Below, in pieces: positions 1 through 8,530 of a DNA stretch of 58,137 nt (its first letter is position 1; every line of letters starts with the position of its first letter). The position numbers and the translations under genes are program-made. The DNA comes from a virus (lineage: Duplodnaviria; Caudoviricetes). The stretch spans positions 1 to 58,137 of IMG/VR virus record IMGVR_UViG_3300033145_001588; one strand, written 5' to 3'. The notes under the pieces were generated by a model. That model made no database searches, had not been told where the DNA came from, and saw only the letters and a program-made list of their open reading frames with translations.

Positions 1-192
1 ATCGCATACAAATATTTTGCCTTTTATCAGGCCGTTAAGCTCTGATTCTCCAAAAGAAAAGGTTACTGAGCCGTCATAGTTATTAATTCGTTTTGGGTGC
101 CAATCAGATCGGGCGCTTTTAAAAAGGCTATCAACCGGAATAATAAAATTTTCTATTTTTTTCAAATTAAATACACCACAATTGTAACTCAT
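1..192 (-). CDS. Hypothetical protein, runs off the window edge
   Basis: ATG at 192 preceded by GGGGG; frame open to position 1 (MSYNCGVFNLKK...). Confidence 0.5.
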   Translation of the reverse strand, partial: MSYNCGVFNLKKIENFIIPVDSLFKSARSDWHPKRINNYDGSVTFSFGESELNGLIKGKIFVCD

Positions 193-296
193 AGCTACCC
201 CCTAAATATAACCATTAAGTGTCATGCAATAAATCAATGATATGAAATATTGTATAATTAATTTCTGGCTATATTTCATCTTCAATAATTAATAAT

Positions 297-503
297 CTAC
301 TTAATTTCTTCATTATCCTTTTTTACCCAAGTACAAGCAAAGCATATTTTCATCATGTATCGCACAAATTTATTCGGTAAATTTTTTTCCACTGGAGTAT
401 ATATAAATCCTCCGCTTTCTTCAGGGTTACTACCGAACATATAACATGACCAATTTGATAATTTAGGTTGAGAATTAATATCGAATTTGATATCTTTCAT
501 CAC
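297..503 (-). CDS. Hypothetical protein
   Basis: ORF in the minus-strand gene run with a purine-rich RBS. Confidence 0.55.
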   Translation of the reverse strand: MMKDIKFDINSQPKLSNWSCYMFGSNPEESGGFIYTPVEKNLPNKFVRYMMKICFACTWVKKDNEEIK

Positions 504-517
504 ATTTTCCTTTTCTA

Positions 518-709
518 TTATTTATTGAGAGTTCCTGAAAAAAGAAGCACCAATTCTTCTGCATTTACATTGTTAATCCCTAAAAATTCATCAGTGAACA
601 CTCTATCATTTGCATCCTTTTCCCCGGTCGAAATATCAACCGAGATAGTATAAGGTTTATCAGGCAACGCCAATAGTTCACGTGCCCATTCATGTAGAGA
701 TTTTTCCAT
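518..709 (-). CDS. Hypothetical protein
   Basis: GAGGAG RBS; co-directional with neighbours. Confidence 0.6.
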   Translation of the reverse strand: MEKSLHEWARELLALPDKPYTISVDISTGEKDANDRVFTDEFLGINNVNAEELVLLFSGTLNK

Positions 710-758
710 TTTATTTCTCCTCTTGGTAGATAACGTTCCGGATCACCGGCGCTTCTTT

Positions 759-953
759 TCAGCGTCCGCTCAAGCGACCGGTTATTGACCTCCTGTCATT
801 TCGGATTAATGATTGTGTTTTAATATCACCGCATACAGTACATCTGTATTGTCGAGGATGCCCAGAGTTAGAAGCCAGGGCATTGTGGACACGCTTTCCA
901 GTACCATACTTTTCATCTTGATATTCATGTATACATGTACATTTTTTAATCAT
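759..953 (-). CDS. Small zinc-ribbon-like protein
   Basis: CTC...H and CTVC motifs; GAGGAG RBS. Confidence 0.55.
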   Translation of the reverse strand: MIKKCTCIHEYQDEKYGTGKRVHNALASNSGHPRQYRCTVCGDIKTQSLIRNDRRSITGRLSGR

Positions 954-971
954 AATTTTTCTCCTCTCTTC

Positions 972-1598
972 TTAGTTTTGGCATGTTCCTTGCTTAATTA
1001 TTTCACTGATACTTTTTATTTGTTTTACTTTGAAAGTTTTATCAGCACTTTCCATCAGTTCTTCTGAATGGGTTACCATGATTATTTGTAATCCTAATTC
1101 TTTTGCAAGTTGTTTGAGCATTTCTCCTGCCTGTGAAAGTAATTCCATGGAGAGATATCTGAAAGGTTCGTCCAGTATCAAGGTATTCTGGGAATGTGGC
1201 AAAGCCATTGACCAAGAAGCTACACGGAGAGCAAACGAAGCAACATCCACGGCGCCCCCACCAGAAGCTGTGATTGGGTCAATTCTTTCTTCATTGCGAA
1301 CAAAAAACAAATCGCATTCTGTTCGGTTACGGCGCTCAACAAAGCCAACTCCAAACGTATAGGGATCAGGAAATACCGCTTCTAATGCTAAACTAACGAT
1401 GTCGGAAATATGCACTTGTAACTGTTGTTGAGTTGCCAAACCAACCTCCCTAATAATTTCACGGGCTTTTTCATGGTTAGACAATTGCTGTTTCAGTGCC
1501 TTGATTTGGGCTTTTGTCTCCTTGATGGACTTTCTGATTTGGGCACGCTGTCCCTTTCTTTGTTCCAGAGTCTGTCGGAGAGAGATTGTATTTGTCAT
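972..1598 (-). CDS. SbcC/Rad50-like ABC ATPase, C-terminal half
   Basis: Coiled coil, then signature ASGGG, Walker B LILDEPF and H-loop MVTH. Confidence 0.85.
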   Translation of the reverse strand: MTNTISLRQTLEQRKGQRAQIRKSIKETKAQIKALKQQLSNHEKAREIIREVGLATQQQLQVHISDIVSLALEAVFPDPYTFGVGFVERRNRTECDLFFVRNEERIDPITASGGGAVDVASFALRVASWSMALPHSQNTLILDEPFRYLSMELLSQAGEMLKQLAKELGLQIIMVTHSEELMESADKTFKVKQIKSISEIIKQGTCQN

Positions 1599-1621
1599 TT
1601 TGTTTTCCTTTGTTTTTTAAA

Positions 1622-1765
1622 CGCTTAAGGCTGATGGGTTTCTTGCGCTTGATGGCTCGCTTAGCTACCCTAGGTTTCTTGCGCTTGATGGCTCGCTTAG
1701 CTCCCCTGGGTTTCTTGCATTTCTTGGCTCGCTTAAGTTCAATGGGTTTCTTCCATTCAATGGCG
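1622..1765 (-). repeat. 36-nt dual-repeat array with two 9-nt variable segments per unit (TIGR-like guide-RNA array, 4 units)
   Basis: Minus-strand units: CGCCA-TTGAATGGA-AGAAACCCA-TTGAACTTA-AGCG; AGCCA-AGAAATGCA-AGAAACCCA-GGGGAGCTA-AGCG; AGCCA-TCAAGCGCA-AGAAACCTA-GGGTAGCTA-AGCG; AGCCA-TCAAGCGCA-AGAAACCCA-TCAGCCTTA-AGCG. Exact 36-nt period; intergenic. Confidence 0.8.
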
Positions 1766-1773
1766 GGTCTTCC

Positions 1774-2013
1774 TCAAACATCATATTGTGTTCTTATCTT
1801 CTCTACCCGTTCATCTATTTCGTTTGTCAGTTCTTTTATCTCCTCTCCCATGTTTCTTAATTTCTCAACTGCATCTTCCACACTTTCACATTGCCATTCC
1901 AGAAGTTCCTTTTTTAAATAATTTTGTTTCCCCGTCAGCTCTGACACCTTTGTCTTTGCTTTATTAATTTCTTCTTTCAAGTTTAACAATTCTTTTTCTG
2001 TCATTTCCGCCAT
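1774..2013 (-). CDS. Small coiled-coil protein
   Basis: Heptad-rich 79 aa; AAGGAG RBS directly after a promoter. Confidence 0.7.
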   Translation of the reverse strand: MAEMTEKELLNLKEEINKAKTKVSELTGKQNYLKKELLEWQCESVEDAVEKLRNMGEEIKELTNEIDERVEKIRTQYDV

Positions 2014-2033
2014 AATCTTATCTCCTTTACCAT

Positions 2034-2062
2034 ATTATACTGAAACATCAGTTTTCATTTAA
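2034..2062 (-). promoter_or_regulatory. Phage-specific promoter, copy 1 (TTAAAT-N17-TATAAT)
   Basis: CCTTAAATGAAA...GTATAATAT motif, found six times with identical spacing. Confidence 0.8.
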
Positions 2063-2065
2063 GGG

Positions 2066-2185
2066 CATTTTAATTTTTTTAAGCCTATTATTTTTCTTTC
2101 CCTATACTAATATATACCTTAAGCAATTTAAATTGATTTTAGAGCAAAAAACCCCGACTCAGCCTATGTTTTTCTGGAAAATTTA
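2066..2185 (-). repeat. ~120-bp dispersed repeat, copy 1
   Basis: Clearly homologous to 19407-19521 (same orientation) and 43529-43649 (inverted); the most diverged copy. Confidence 0.9.
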
Positions 2186-2469
2186 CCGCCTACACCACCC
2201 CGATTTGGATTGATTCCTTCCCTGTATGAATAGAGAGGACAGTCTGTTGTAGTACATTCCTTTACCAACTGCCGAGATCCACACATACACAGAAGACATT
2301 GCTTTCGTATTGCCCCAAGAGGTGGTCTACCTTTCCCAAGCCTGTACTTATGGAAAGGGCAGTCTTTCCCACTACAATTTTCTATCTCCGCAGCAGTAAC
2401 GGCACACTGCTTACAGAAACGTAAGACCGCTTTTTTAGGAGTCAATTGAGCTTTCTTAGTTCTTTTCAT
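2164..2469 (-). CDS. Cys-rich protein with two tandem zinc-binding repeats
   Basis: Repeated CxxC...C...CP(F/L)xxYR units. Confidence 0.7.
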   Translation of the reverse strand: MKRTKKAQLTPKKAVLRFCKQCAVTAAEIENCSGKDCPFHKYRLGKGRPPLGAIRKQCLLCMCGSRQLVKECTTTDCPLYSYREGINPNRGGVGGKFSRKT

Positions 2470-3355
2470 TGTCAATCGCCTTCTCAATTACCTTGATTAC
2501 TGGATCTGTGATATCGTTGTTTGCCAAAAAATGTTCCAAATTCTCTTCAAAAGAAACTCCTTTCTGCCATTCAGTATTAAGCCTCTCTACAAAGGCCTCT
2601 ATCCGAGCATCCCGACATTCTTTCACATCAATATGTGCCCGTGACATGACTTCTTTTTCTATGGGGAGATATATTCTTTCAACTGTATTTGTCTCCGCAT
2701 AGTATAGAAATACAGAAGGACGATGTTCTACTTGATCGATTGCCTGCCGAGTTAGCGAGCCTGGATTAAGTAATATTCTTTTTCCATCTTTCTGTATGAA
2801 GCATTTATGATTATGCCCTGTCAAAATGAAATCATAATTTGAATATTGCCTCAATAACTTGTTTGCTGGGGTATCTGTACAACCAGGCCATGGGGAGTTC
2901 CCTTCGTATGTCATTACATGCCATACCAACGCCTTCCTATCTATTCTGGGAAAAAACAAAGAACTTCTGCCCGTAGGAGTTTGTAACCAGTGACACCCAC
3001 CCAATACTTTTATTTTTCCCGCTTCTTCCAAAACACGAATACCGCATTTGTAGGCAAGTTCAAGATTGTGTTGAGGAAGATCATGATTACCATATATCGT
3101 GATAAATTGCTTCGGAAGGTATTGCATTGTTTTTGTAAGTAATGCTGGGCTTGGCTTCCAATGATTAAACAAATCCCCGGCATGCACAACAGGGCAATTA
3201 TGTTTATGTTGCAAATCCTTAATGAAAATGACTTTCTTCCATTGTGCTTCCTGAAAATCATCCGTCCGGCAAACAGGGATATCTTCCCGTAAATGAAAAT
3301 CAGCGCATAAAATAGCGCTTACTTTTTTTGATTTATATGGTATTGTTCGTTTCAT
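2456..3355 (-). CDS. SbcD/Mre11-like metallophosphoesterase nuclease
   Basis: ADFH, AGDLF, GNHD, GHNH and NPGS motifs. Confidence 0.9.
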   Translation of the reverse strand: MKRTIPYKSKKVSAILCADFHLREDIPVCRTDDFQEAQWKKVIFIKDLQHKHNCPVVHAGDLFNHWKPSPALLTKTMQYLPKQFITIYGNHDLPQHNLELAYKCGIRVLEEAGKIKVLGGCHWLQTPTGRSSLFFPRIDRKALVWHVMTYEGNSPWPGCTDTPANKLLRQYSNYDFILTGHNHKCFIQKDGKRILLNPGSLTRQAIDQVEHRPSVFLYYAETNTVERIYLPIEKEVMSRAHIDVKECRDARIEAFVERLNTEWQKGVSFEENLEHFLANNDITDPVIKVIEKAIDNEKN

Positions 3356-4386
3356 ATTTCAAGTATCCTTTGCCCACAGAAAGGGCATATTGTTGGCATC
3401 TGACTTTCTAACTTCTCTATTTTCTTCTGTGTAATTTCTATGTTTTTTGCAGTTGTTTTGATACTGTCAATGAGAACCCTCAAAGTTTGACAATGATCTT
3501 GTAAGGTGTTTCTTTTCTTCAGCATCGTGGATACATGCTCCAAAGGTTTCTCTATTTCCAGGAATTGTATAACTTTCTCATATTCCTGATCTACCTTTTC
3601 AATTTCTTCCGCCAATTTTTTCAATTTGAATTGCTGGTCATTCAGGAATTTCTTTTGCGTAAAAAGAGAAAGAAGTGGAACTACTTGCTCCTCAAGATCA
3701 AGAATACCGTCACAGGAATGTATTTCTTCCTCAATCTGTTGCAATTCTTCTACTATTTTCTTGAGCGCTGTCTCCTGTTGGAAAATAGAAATCTTCTCCT
3801 TTTCCAAATACTCAACAGCCTGAACATCCGTCTCCATCTTATCAAGGTAATCATAGGTCTTCAATTCCCCTATTGATTCTTTTAGTTGCTTGCGTCTTGC
3901 TTTGTTATCTTGCTCTATTTCTCTGATCCATCGTTTGACATTCGCCATGCTACTATCAATTACATCGAGCTGGGCGACTTTGTTGAAATGCTGGGCAACT
4001 TCCCCTGAGGAATCATCTAACAGGAATGGACGCTCTAATTGTTGTTGTAGGTTGAGATCATTGAAGTTGATTTCCTTTTGAATTTCCTCAGGGACATCTG
4101 TTCCAAAAGCCTTGAATTCTATATCATTCAGTTTGTAGAGATTTTCTTTGCCTTTGATTCGAGAAATAGTGGAAGTAGGGAGGGTGAGTGTTACCTCTGT
4201 ATCTCCTCCCCACCATGACCGAATTGAATCACCGGAGGGGCGGTTCCAGATTAACCACCGCAAAGCTCGGATAATTGCAGTCTTGCCTGAATCTGAGGAG
4301 CCTACGATAACATTCACGCCGGGATCAAATTCTAAGGTGGAATGTTTATGGGATTGAAAGTTTGAGATTTCTATAGACTGGATCAT
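3352..4386 (-). CDS. SbcC/Rad50-like ATPase, N-terminal half
   Basis: ISNFQSH, Walker A GSSDSGKT, coiled coil ending in a CPFC zinc-hook motif. Confidence 0.88.
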   Translation of the reverse strand: MIQSIEISNFQSHKHSTLEFDPGVNVIVGSSDSGKTAIIRALRWLIWNRPSGDSIRSWWGGDTEVTLTLPTSTISRIKGKENLYKLNDIEFKAFGTDVPEEIQKEINFNDLNLQQQLERPFLLDDSSGEVAQHFNKVAQLDVIDSSMANVKRWIREIEQDNKARRKQLKESIGELKTYDYLDKMETDVQAVEYLEKEKISIFQQETALKKIVEELQQIEEEIHSCDGILDLEEQVVPLLSLFTQKKFLNDQQFKLKKLAEEIEKVDQEYEKVIQFLEIEKPLEHVSTMLKKRNTLQDHCQTLRVLIDSIKTTAKNIEITQKKIEKLESQMPTICPFCGQRILEI

Positions 4387-4410
4387 TTTGTTTCCTTTTC
4401 ATTGATTTGT

Positions 4411-4573
4411 AGAGGGAGGCAGGATTCGAACCTGCACAAAGTTTTTGACCTTCGACGTGTTGCTTTCTCACAAAGGGATTAAGCCCATAACGTCTGCGTC
4501 TTCCAATGGCAAGGATTCCAGTACCAAGATTTCTCTTTCGCCCGATGCGACTTGCCAGTTCCGCCACTCCCTC
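4411..4573 (-). ncRNA. tRNA-like RNA (163 nt) with acceptor, D and T arms but an expanded non-canonical centre
   Basis: GAGGGAG/CTCCCTC acceptor stem; D arm GCGG-AACTGGCAAG-TCGC; T arm GCAGG-TTCGAAT-CCTGC; promoter immediately upstream. Confidence 0.7.
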
Positions 4574-4590
4574 TGTTTCCCTTTCACTAT

Positions 4591-4619
4591 ATTATACGCA
4601 AAAATCTATTTTCATTTAA
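4591..4619 (-). promoter_or_regulatory. Phage-specific promoter, copy 2
   Basis: TTAAAT-N17-TATAAT; the -35 overlaps the RuvC stop codon. Confidence 0.8.
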
Positions 4620-5161
4620 GGTAAAAGACGTAAAACATTAGAATTCTTCATTGCGTAATGGAAAACCGCCATGGCATCCGCTACTGCCTCATCAATGTAT
4701 TTTGTTCCAGTGAAAGGTACTGCCGGGTAAAGTTTTTTAATGGCTTGAATTGTTTCATCTTTACTTGCACTTCTCTTTCCCAGTAAACATTTTTTGCAAT
4801 CTCCTTCGCTGTACCATTCAACGCCGATATGCAAACTATCCGCAAGAGTCTGCACAACACCTAAACAAATTCCGATCATAATTGCAGCGACGGCGCTTTG
4901 ACTTCCATGAGGTTGTTCTGAAAGAATGAAACGGACGTTGTATTTTTCAATTACAGATAGGAGTTCTTGATTTATCTCGCTCACCCTTCGGCATCTGTCA
5001 TCCCCTTTCCTGATACGGAGTTTTTTGCTACTGGGGGCTGTTTTGATACAACCAGAATCCAGCACGCCCCCTTTCAGGTTGAGAACTACCCACCCCCATG
5101 CTGTAAGACTGGGATCACACGCAAGGATTGTTATCTCTCCTTTGCGAGGTGTTCTTTTCAT
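4616..5161 (-). CDS. ruvC: RuvC-like Holliday junction resolvase
   Basis: ILACDPSLTAWGW, SEQP, and DEAVADAMAV acidic residues. Confidence 0.8.
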   Translation of the reverse strand: MKRTPRKGEITILACDPSLTAWGWVVLNLKGGVLDSGCIKTAPSSKKLRIRKGDDRCRRVSEINQELLSVIEKYNVRFILSEQPHGSQSAVAAIMIGICLGVVQTLADSLHIGVEWYSEGDCKKCLLGKRSASKDETIQAIKKLYPAVPFTGTKYIDEAVADAMAVFHYAMKNSNVLRLLP

Positions 5162-5342
5162 TCCTTTTCCTCCATTGATTTTTTCTCCAATACCAAACGA
5201 TCTCATCTGTTCCATCTGTGCAGAAGTGGACTATACACGCTTTTCTTTCCCCGATAGTTTCAAGTGCTTCTACTTCGGTTTCGAAAGGCCCATCTGTCAT
5301 TCCGATTTCACGTGGTGCATGCCGTATTCCTATCCCCCACAT
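5115..5342 (-). CDS. Hypothetical protein
   Basis: AAGGAG RBS before the ATG at 5342. Confidence 0.45.
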   Translation of the reverse strand: MWGIGIRHAPREIGMTDGPFETEVEALETIGERKACIVHFCTDGTDEIVWYWRKNQWRKRNEKNTSQRRDNNPCV

Positions 5343-5395
5343 CTCCTTTCGCTCCTTCGGGGGCGTCTCTCTTAAGGAAGAAGGAGTGTAAGAAG

Positions 5396-6448
5396 TTATC
5401 TCTTCTTCGGGGCTCTTTCGCTTGAAAACTGTGCTTCTATTTTCGTCCATAATCCTATGACATCCTCCTTTAATTGTTGAATAAGCCCATCTTCCTCCAC
5501 CATATCAATCGCTTTTTTCATTGAATTACTGAGTACTTTATCTCCTACCTGGTAATTAGTATTATTCGTATAATCTTTAATGAATTGAAGATTCGCACGT
5601 ACATCATCAATTCCGTAATCAAAGACAATAGTAACAGGCGCTGTTCGATACGGTTTCCACACCGTGGATTTAAATATTTCAAACTCTGTTTTTACCCCTA
5701 TAACACGAGTGACTTTCTTTCCTGCTACTATTACCGTTTCTTTTATTTTTTGCGGTTTCTGTGCTCGCAAACGTAAACTGGAATAAAAACCAATCGCTTC
5801 CCCTCCGGGAGTGGTATATTTCTGCCCCCATGGTCCGGCATCTATATTTACCCGCACCTGATTAGAACAAACCATCAGATGTTTCTTATTAGTAATCACT
5901 CTGCAAGTTTTTCGGAGCTCCTCACTAAATTCCTTTGCCCTGCGCATCCCCATCTTATCCCCTTCTTCATTTTCCATTTCCATGTTTGTGGAAAGGGCCG
6001 CTAATGAATCCGCAAATATACCATTCAATCCCTCCGGGGGTTCCCAACTTCTTATTGCTTTGAAAACCTCAGTGACTGTGTCTGGAGTAGAATATACAAC
6101 AGAGGAGATATCAAGACCAAACATCCGGGCAAATTGCTTATTCAGACGTGCTTCTGGATCATGAAACATCACTTCCCCTTTCGAGCGTTGAATAGCCCCC
6201 GCAATCTCACAAAGAAGTACTGTTTTCCCACAACTTGCCGGACCAAATATCTCTACCAAGATACCTGCCGGAATGCCTCCTCCATACACACGCCCTCCTG
6301 AAATAGCGAGATCAAGTAGGGTGGATCCCGTAGAAATCATTGAGGAGACATCCCCATCATATTCCGATCGTTTCTCTGCTTTCTTATTGGCGTGGGCTTT
6401 GACTTGAGCGCTCAATTTATTTGACTTCTTGATCTTTGTTCTTTGCAT
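5396..6448 (-). CDS. recA: RecA/UvsX-like recombinase
   Basis: ISTGSTLLD, EIFGPASCGKT, DSLAAL, NQVR, TPGGEAIGFYSSLRL. Confidence 0.92.
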   Translation of the reverse strand: MQRTKIKKSNKLSAQVKAHANKKAEKRSEYDGDVSSMISTGSTLLDLAISGGRVYGGGIPAGILVEIFGPASCGKTVLLCEIAGAIQRSKGEVMFHDPEARLNKQFARMFGLDISSVVYSTPDTVTEVFKAIRSWEPPEGLNGIFADSLAALSTNMEMENEEGDKMGMRRAKEFSEELRKTCRVITNKKHLMVCSNQVRVNIDAGPWGQKYTTPGGEAIGFYSSLRLRAQKPQKIKETVIVAGKKVTRVIGVKTEFEIFKSTVWKPYRTAPVTIVFDYGIDDVRANLQFIKDYTNNTNYQVGDKVLSNSMKKAIDMVEEDGLIQQLKEDVIGLWTKIEAQFSSERAPKKR

Positions 6449-6782
6449 GAAAATGCCTCACTTTTGAAATGATTTGATCGATATGTTTTGCACCGATTTT
6501 CTTTCTTTCCAATACACGCCTCGCCTTGGATAGAAAAGCTACCTTTTTGGAAGTGACTAATCCTTCTACTTTTTGAGATAGTCGCTTTCCAATTTCTTCG
6601 ATCATTTCTTTTTCATTATACTGGGATAATTGTTTTTCCAGAAGGGCAGCAATTATTTTTGATCGTGTTCGTGTACTGCACAGGCAATATAGACTAAGTT
6701 TGTCCGCCAGAGGTTGGGGGACTATGCCCCCAACCAATCTATTTTTCTGTTTGAATATATCATTTTCCTTTTTCATATACAT
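6417..6782 (-). CDS. Hypothetical protein, possibly ribbon-helix-helix DNA-binding
   Basis: Basic, with a strand-helix-helix-like N-terminus. Confidence 0.5.
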   Translation of the reverse strand: MYMKKENDIFKQKNRLVGGIVPQPLADKLSLYCLCSTRTRSKIIAALLEKQLSQYNEKEMIEEIGKRLSQKVEGLVTSKKVAFLSKARRVLERKKIGAKHIDQIISKVRHFHAKNKDQEVK

Positions 6783-6793
6783 GCCTCATTTTT

Positions 6794-7879
6794 TTAGAAA
6801 GGAATATCATCCTGGGCATCAATACAATCATCCCATTTATCACAATCGTCGCACTCTGGGAATTTTTCACAATCCTCCCCAAATACATGGCCAGAAGGAC
6901 ACTGATTCTCTGCTGTCTTTTTCTTCTCAGATGATTTTCTCTTTCTTTTGGTAGAAGGAGCTTTCTTTTCCTCTTCCTCTACGTTTTCCTCTTTTTCTTT
7001 CTCAGATTTTACGCCAGTACCATTACAAATTCGACATTTACCGCCTTTGGAATTCTCTCCGGTTCCTCCACAAGCAATACATTCCTCTCCTGCATTTTCT
7101 TCTGAATCTTCCGTACTATTATCGTTTTCTGAAACATCATCTTCATCTTCCAATTCAAGGAACATCCTCTCCAACTTCTCATAAGGATGAATAAGCAAGC
7201 ACTCGTCCAGATTAGGAACTTTTTTCAATATTTTTTCGCCATATCCTTCTTTCCTTTTTTTGAAATCAATTCGGGAAGTCTCCGCAAATTTGTTACTCCC
7301 AATAACCCCTTCACTAAAACGTATTCGAAGTGTTAATCCATCTTCCAAATCCGGAAAAATTGCATTTTCTGGATCATCTTCAATTTCATCATTAAGCATA
7401 TCTTGAAATAGATATTGACTGATATCCCAAATATGAGGTTTCTCCTCATATTCCTTGTGTTCAATTGGAACCACTACATACAGATTTCTACGGGATATTT
7501 TGAGAGCGTCTGTTTCTTCTTTGCTAGCGCCGTCCTTGAAAAGTTTGGATCTGTATTCACAGATGGGGCATTTCTTCCCGATTGATGTCGGGCATACAAC
7601 AACATCATTCCCCCCGCCGATGTTTCTATGAATAAGAAAAGGCCGTTTGTACCAAAGCTCCCCAGGAACGGCAATGCCGAGCGGGTCATCTCTATCCATA
7701 TGTTTCTCTGATGCGACTTCATAAGGTAAGAAATCCAGAGAAACTCTTGAAGAAGGTTCTTCTTTGAATATGTCTACCCCTTTTGGTATTTGCAGGTACC
7801 CATAAGCCGCCCCCTGTGTCTTTTGTTTGTGACTGTTGTTTGCCACCTTGTCTCTGAAACTACTTTTTCTCCTGGCCAT
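6794..7879 (-). CDS. Single-stranded DNA-binding protein (gp32-like) with extra zinc fingers
   Basis: H...CPTSIGKKCPIC; acidic linker; C-terminal DDIPF tail. Confidence 0.75.
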   Translation of the reverse strand: MARRKSSFRDKVANNSHKQKTQGAAYGYLQIPKGVDIFKEEPSSRVSLDFLPYEVASEKHMDRDDPLGIAVPGELWYKRPFLIHRNIGGGNDVVVCPTSIGKKCPICEYRSKLFKDGASKEETDALKISRRNLYVVVPIEHKEYEEKPHIWDISQYLFQDMLNDEIEDDPENAIFPDLEDGLTLRIRFSEGVIGSNKFAETSRIDFKKRKEGYGEKILKKVPNLDECLLIHPYEKLERMFLELEDEDDVSENDNSTEDSEENAGEECIACGGTGENSKGGKCRICNGTGVKSEKEKEENVEEEEKKAPSTKRKRKSSEKKKTAENQCPSGHVFGEDCEKFPECDDCDKWDDCIDAQDDIPF

Positions 7880-8024
7880 TTGTTTCCTCCTTAGATTCAT
7901 GTTTTAATAATAAATTCAGATACCTTATCGCATCTATCTTACCCATCATAGCACTCTTACTCATTACGAATGTATAGAATGGAAGAAGTAGAAGAATTAT
8001 GAGCACAAGTATCCACCATTTCAT
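7860..8024 (-). CDS. Small membrane protein (54 aa)
   Basis: MKWWILVLIILLLLPFY; GGAGG RBS; start overlaps the upstream stop. Confidence 0.5.
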   Translation of the reverse strand: MKWWILVLIILLLLPFYTFVMSKSAMMGKIDAIRYLNLLLKHESKEETNGQEKK

Positions 8025-8530
8025 TTTATACCTCCTTTTTTACGCATACCACGAGCAACCGTAGTATTTGTATCTCTTTGTTTTTGCTTTGCTTCCCATT
8101 CTTTACTGATGTTTCTGGGTACTTTTGGGCCTGCAAAATACTGTTGCCCATGTAGGATAACAAGATTTTCCAATGCTGCTTTTCGTGTATAACAAATTTC
8201 GTTTTTAGCCACTTCCGCAAATTCCAACTCATATTCTGCTTCTTGTGCTGCCTCTACTGCCAGTTTGTAATCATCATGAGAACGATAGTATGCCTCAATG
8301 TCTGCTGCATTTGGTTTAGCTTTATTACAACATCCTTCCGGGTCATCATTTGCCCTCCTGATTAGTTCAGAACGAACAGTTTTAACCTTCTCCCTAAGCT
8401 GCTTTACCTCCGCCTGCAAAGCACAAAGATGTTTTCCATATTTCAAAGCAAGGCTCGCTTGTTCCAACCATTCAATATCAAGCGAGTCTGAATCGATTTT
8501 CATGTCTTTTTCATAATCAAGATTTGTCAT
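8021..8530 (-). CDS. UvsY-like recombination mediator (coiled coil)
   Basis: Helical protein between clamp loader and SSB/RecA; resembles UvsY-type proteins. Confidence 0.55.
   Translation of the reverse strand: MTNLDYEKDMKIDSDSLDIEWLEQASLALKYGKHLCALQAEVKQLREKVKTVRSELIRRANDDPEGCCNKAKPNAADIEAYYRSHDDYKLAVEAAQEAEYELEFAEVAKNEICYTRKAALENLVILHGQQYFAGPKVPRNISKEWEAKQKQRDTNTTVARGMRKKGGIK

Noticed and set aside
183-200. Possible self-target of array unit 3 (spacer A plus reverse-complemented spacer B matches 14/18, last 11 nt contiguous, over a start codon)
   Set aside because: The spacer A half matches only 5/9, a hit of this size can occur by chance in 58 kb, and the target geometry is assumed
1622-1765. 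Array read as a CRISPR array or a simple VNTR
   Set aside because: Constant parts are only ~9 nt and of two alternating kinds, and no cas genes are present; variation is concentrated in fixed 9-nt windows, unlike a VNTR
1586-1921. Plus-strand ORF with LMARLA.LGFL repeats
   Set aside because: Antisense translation of the 36-nt array, opposite to all surrounding genes
4346-4567. 73-aa minus-strand ORF
   Set aside because: Coincides with the tRNA-like RNA, whose arms explain the sequence better
4616-5161. RuvC as the effector nuclease of the array
   Set aside because: Stand-alone resolvase-sized protein next to RecA with no attached Nop domain
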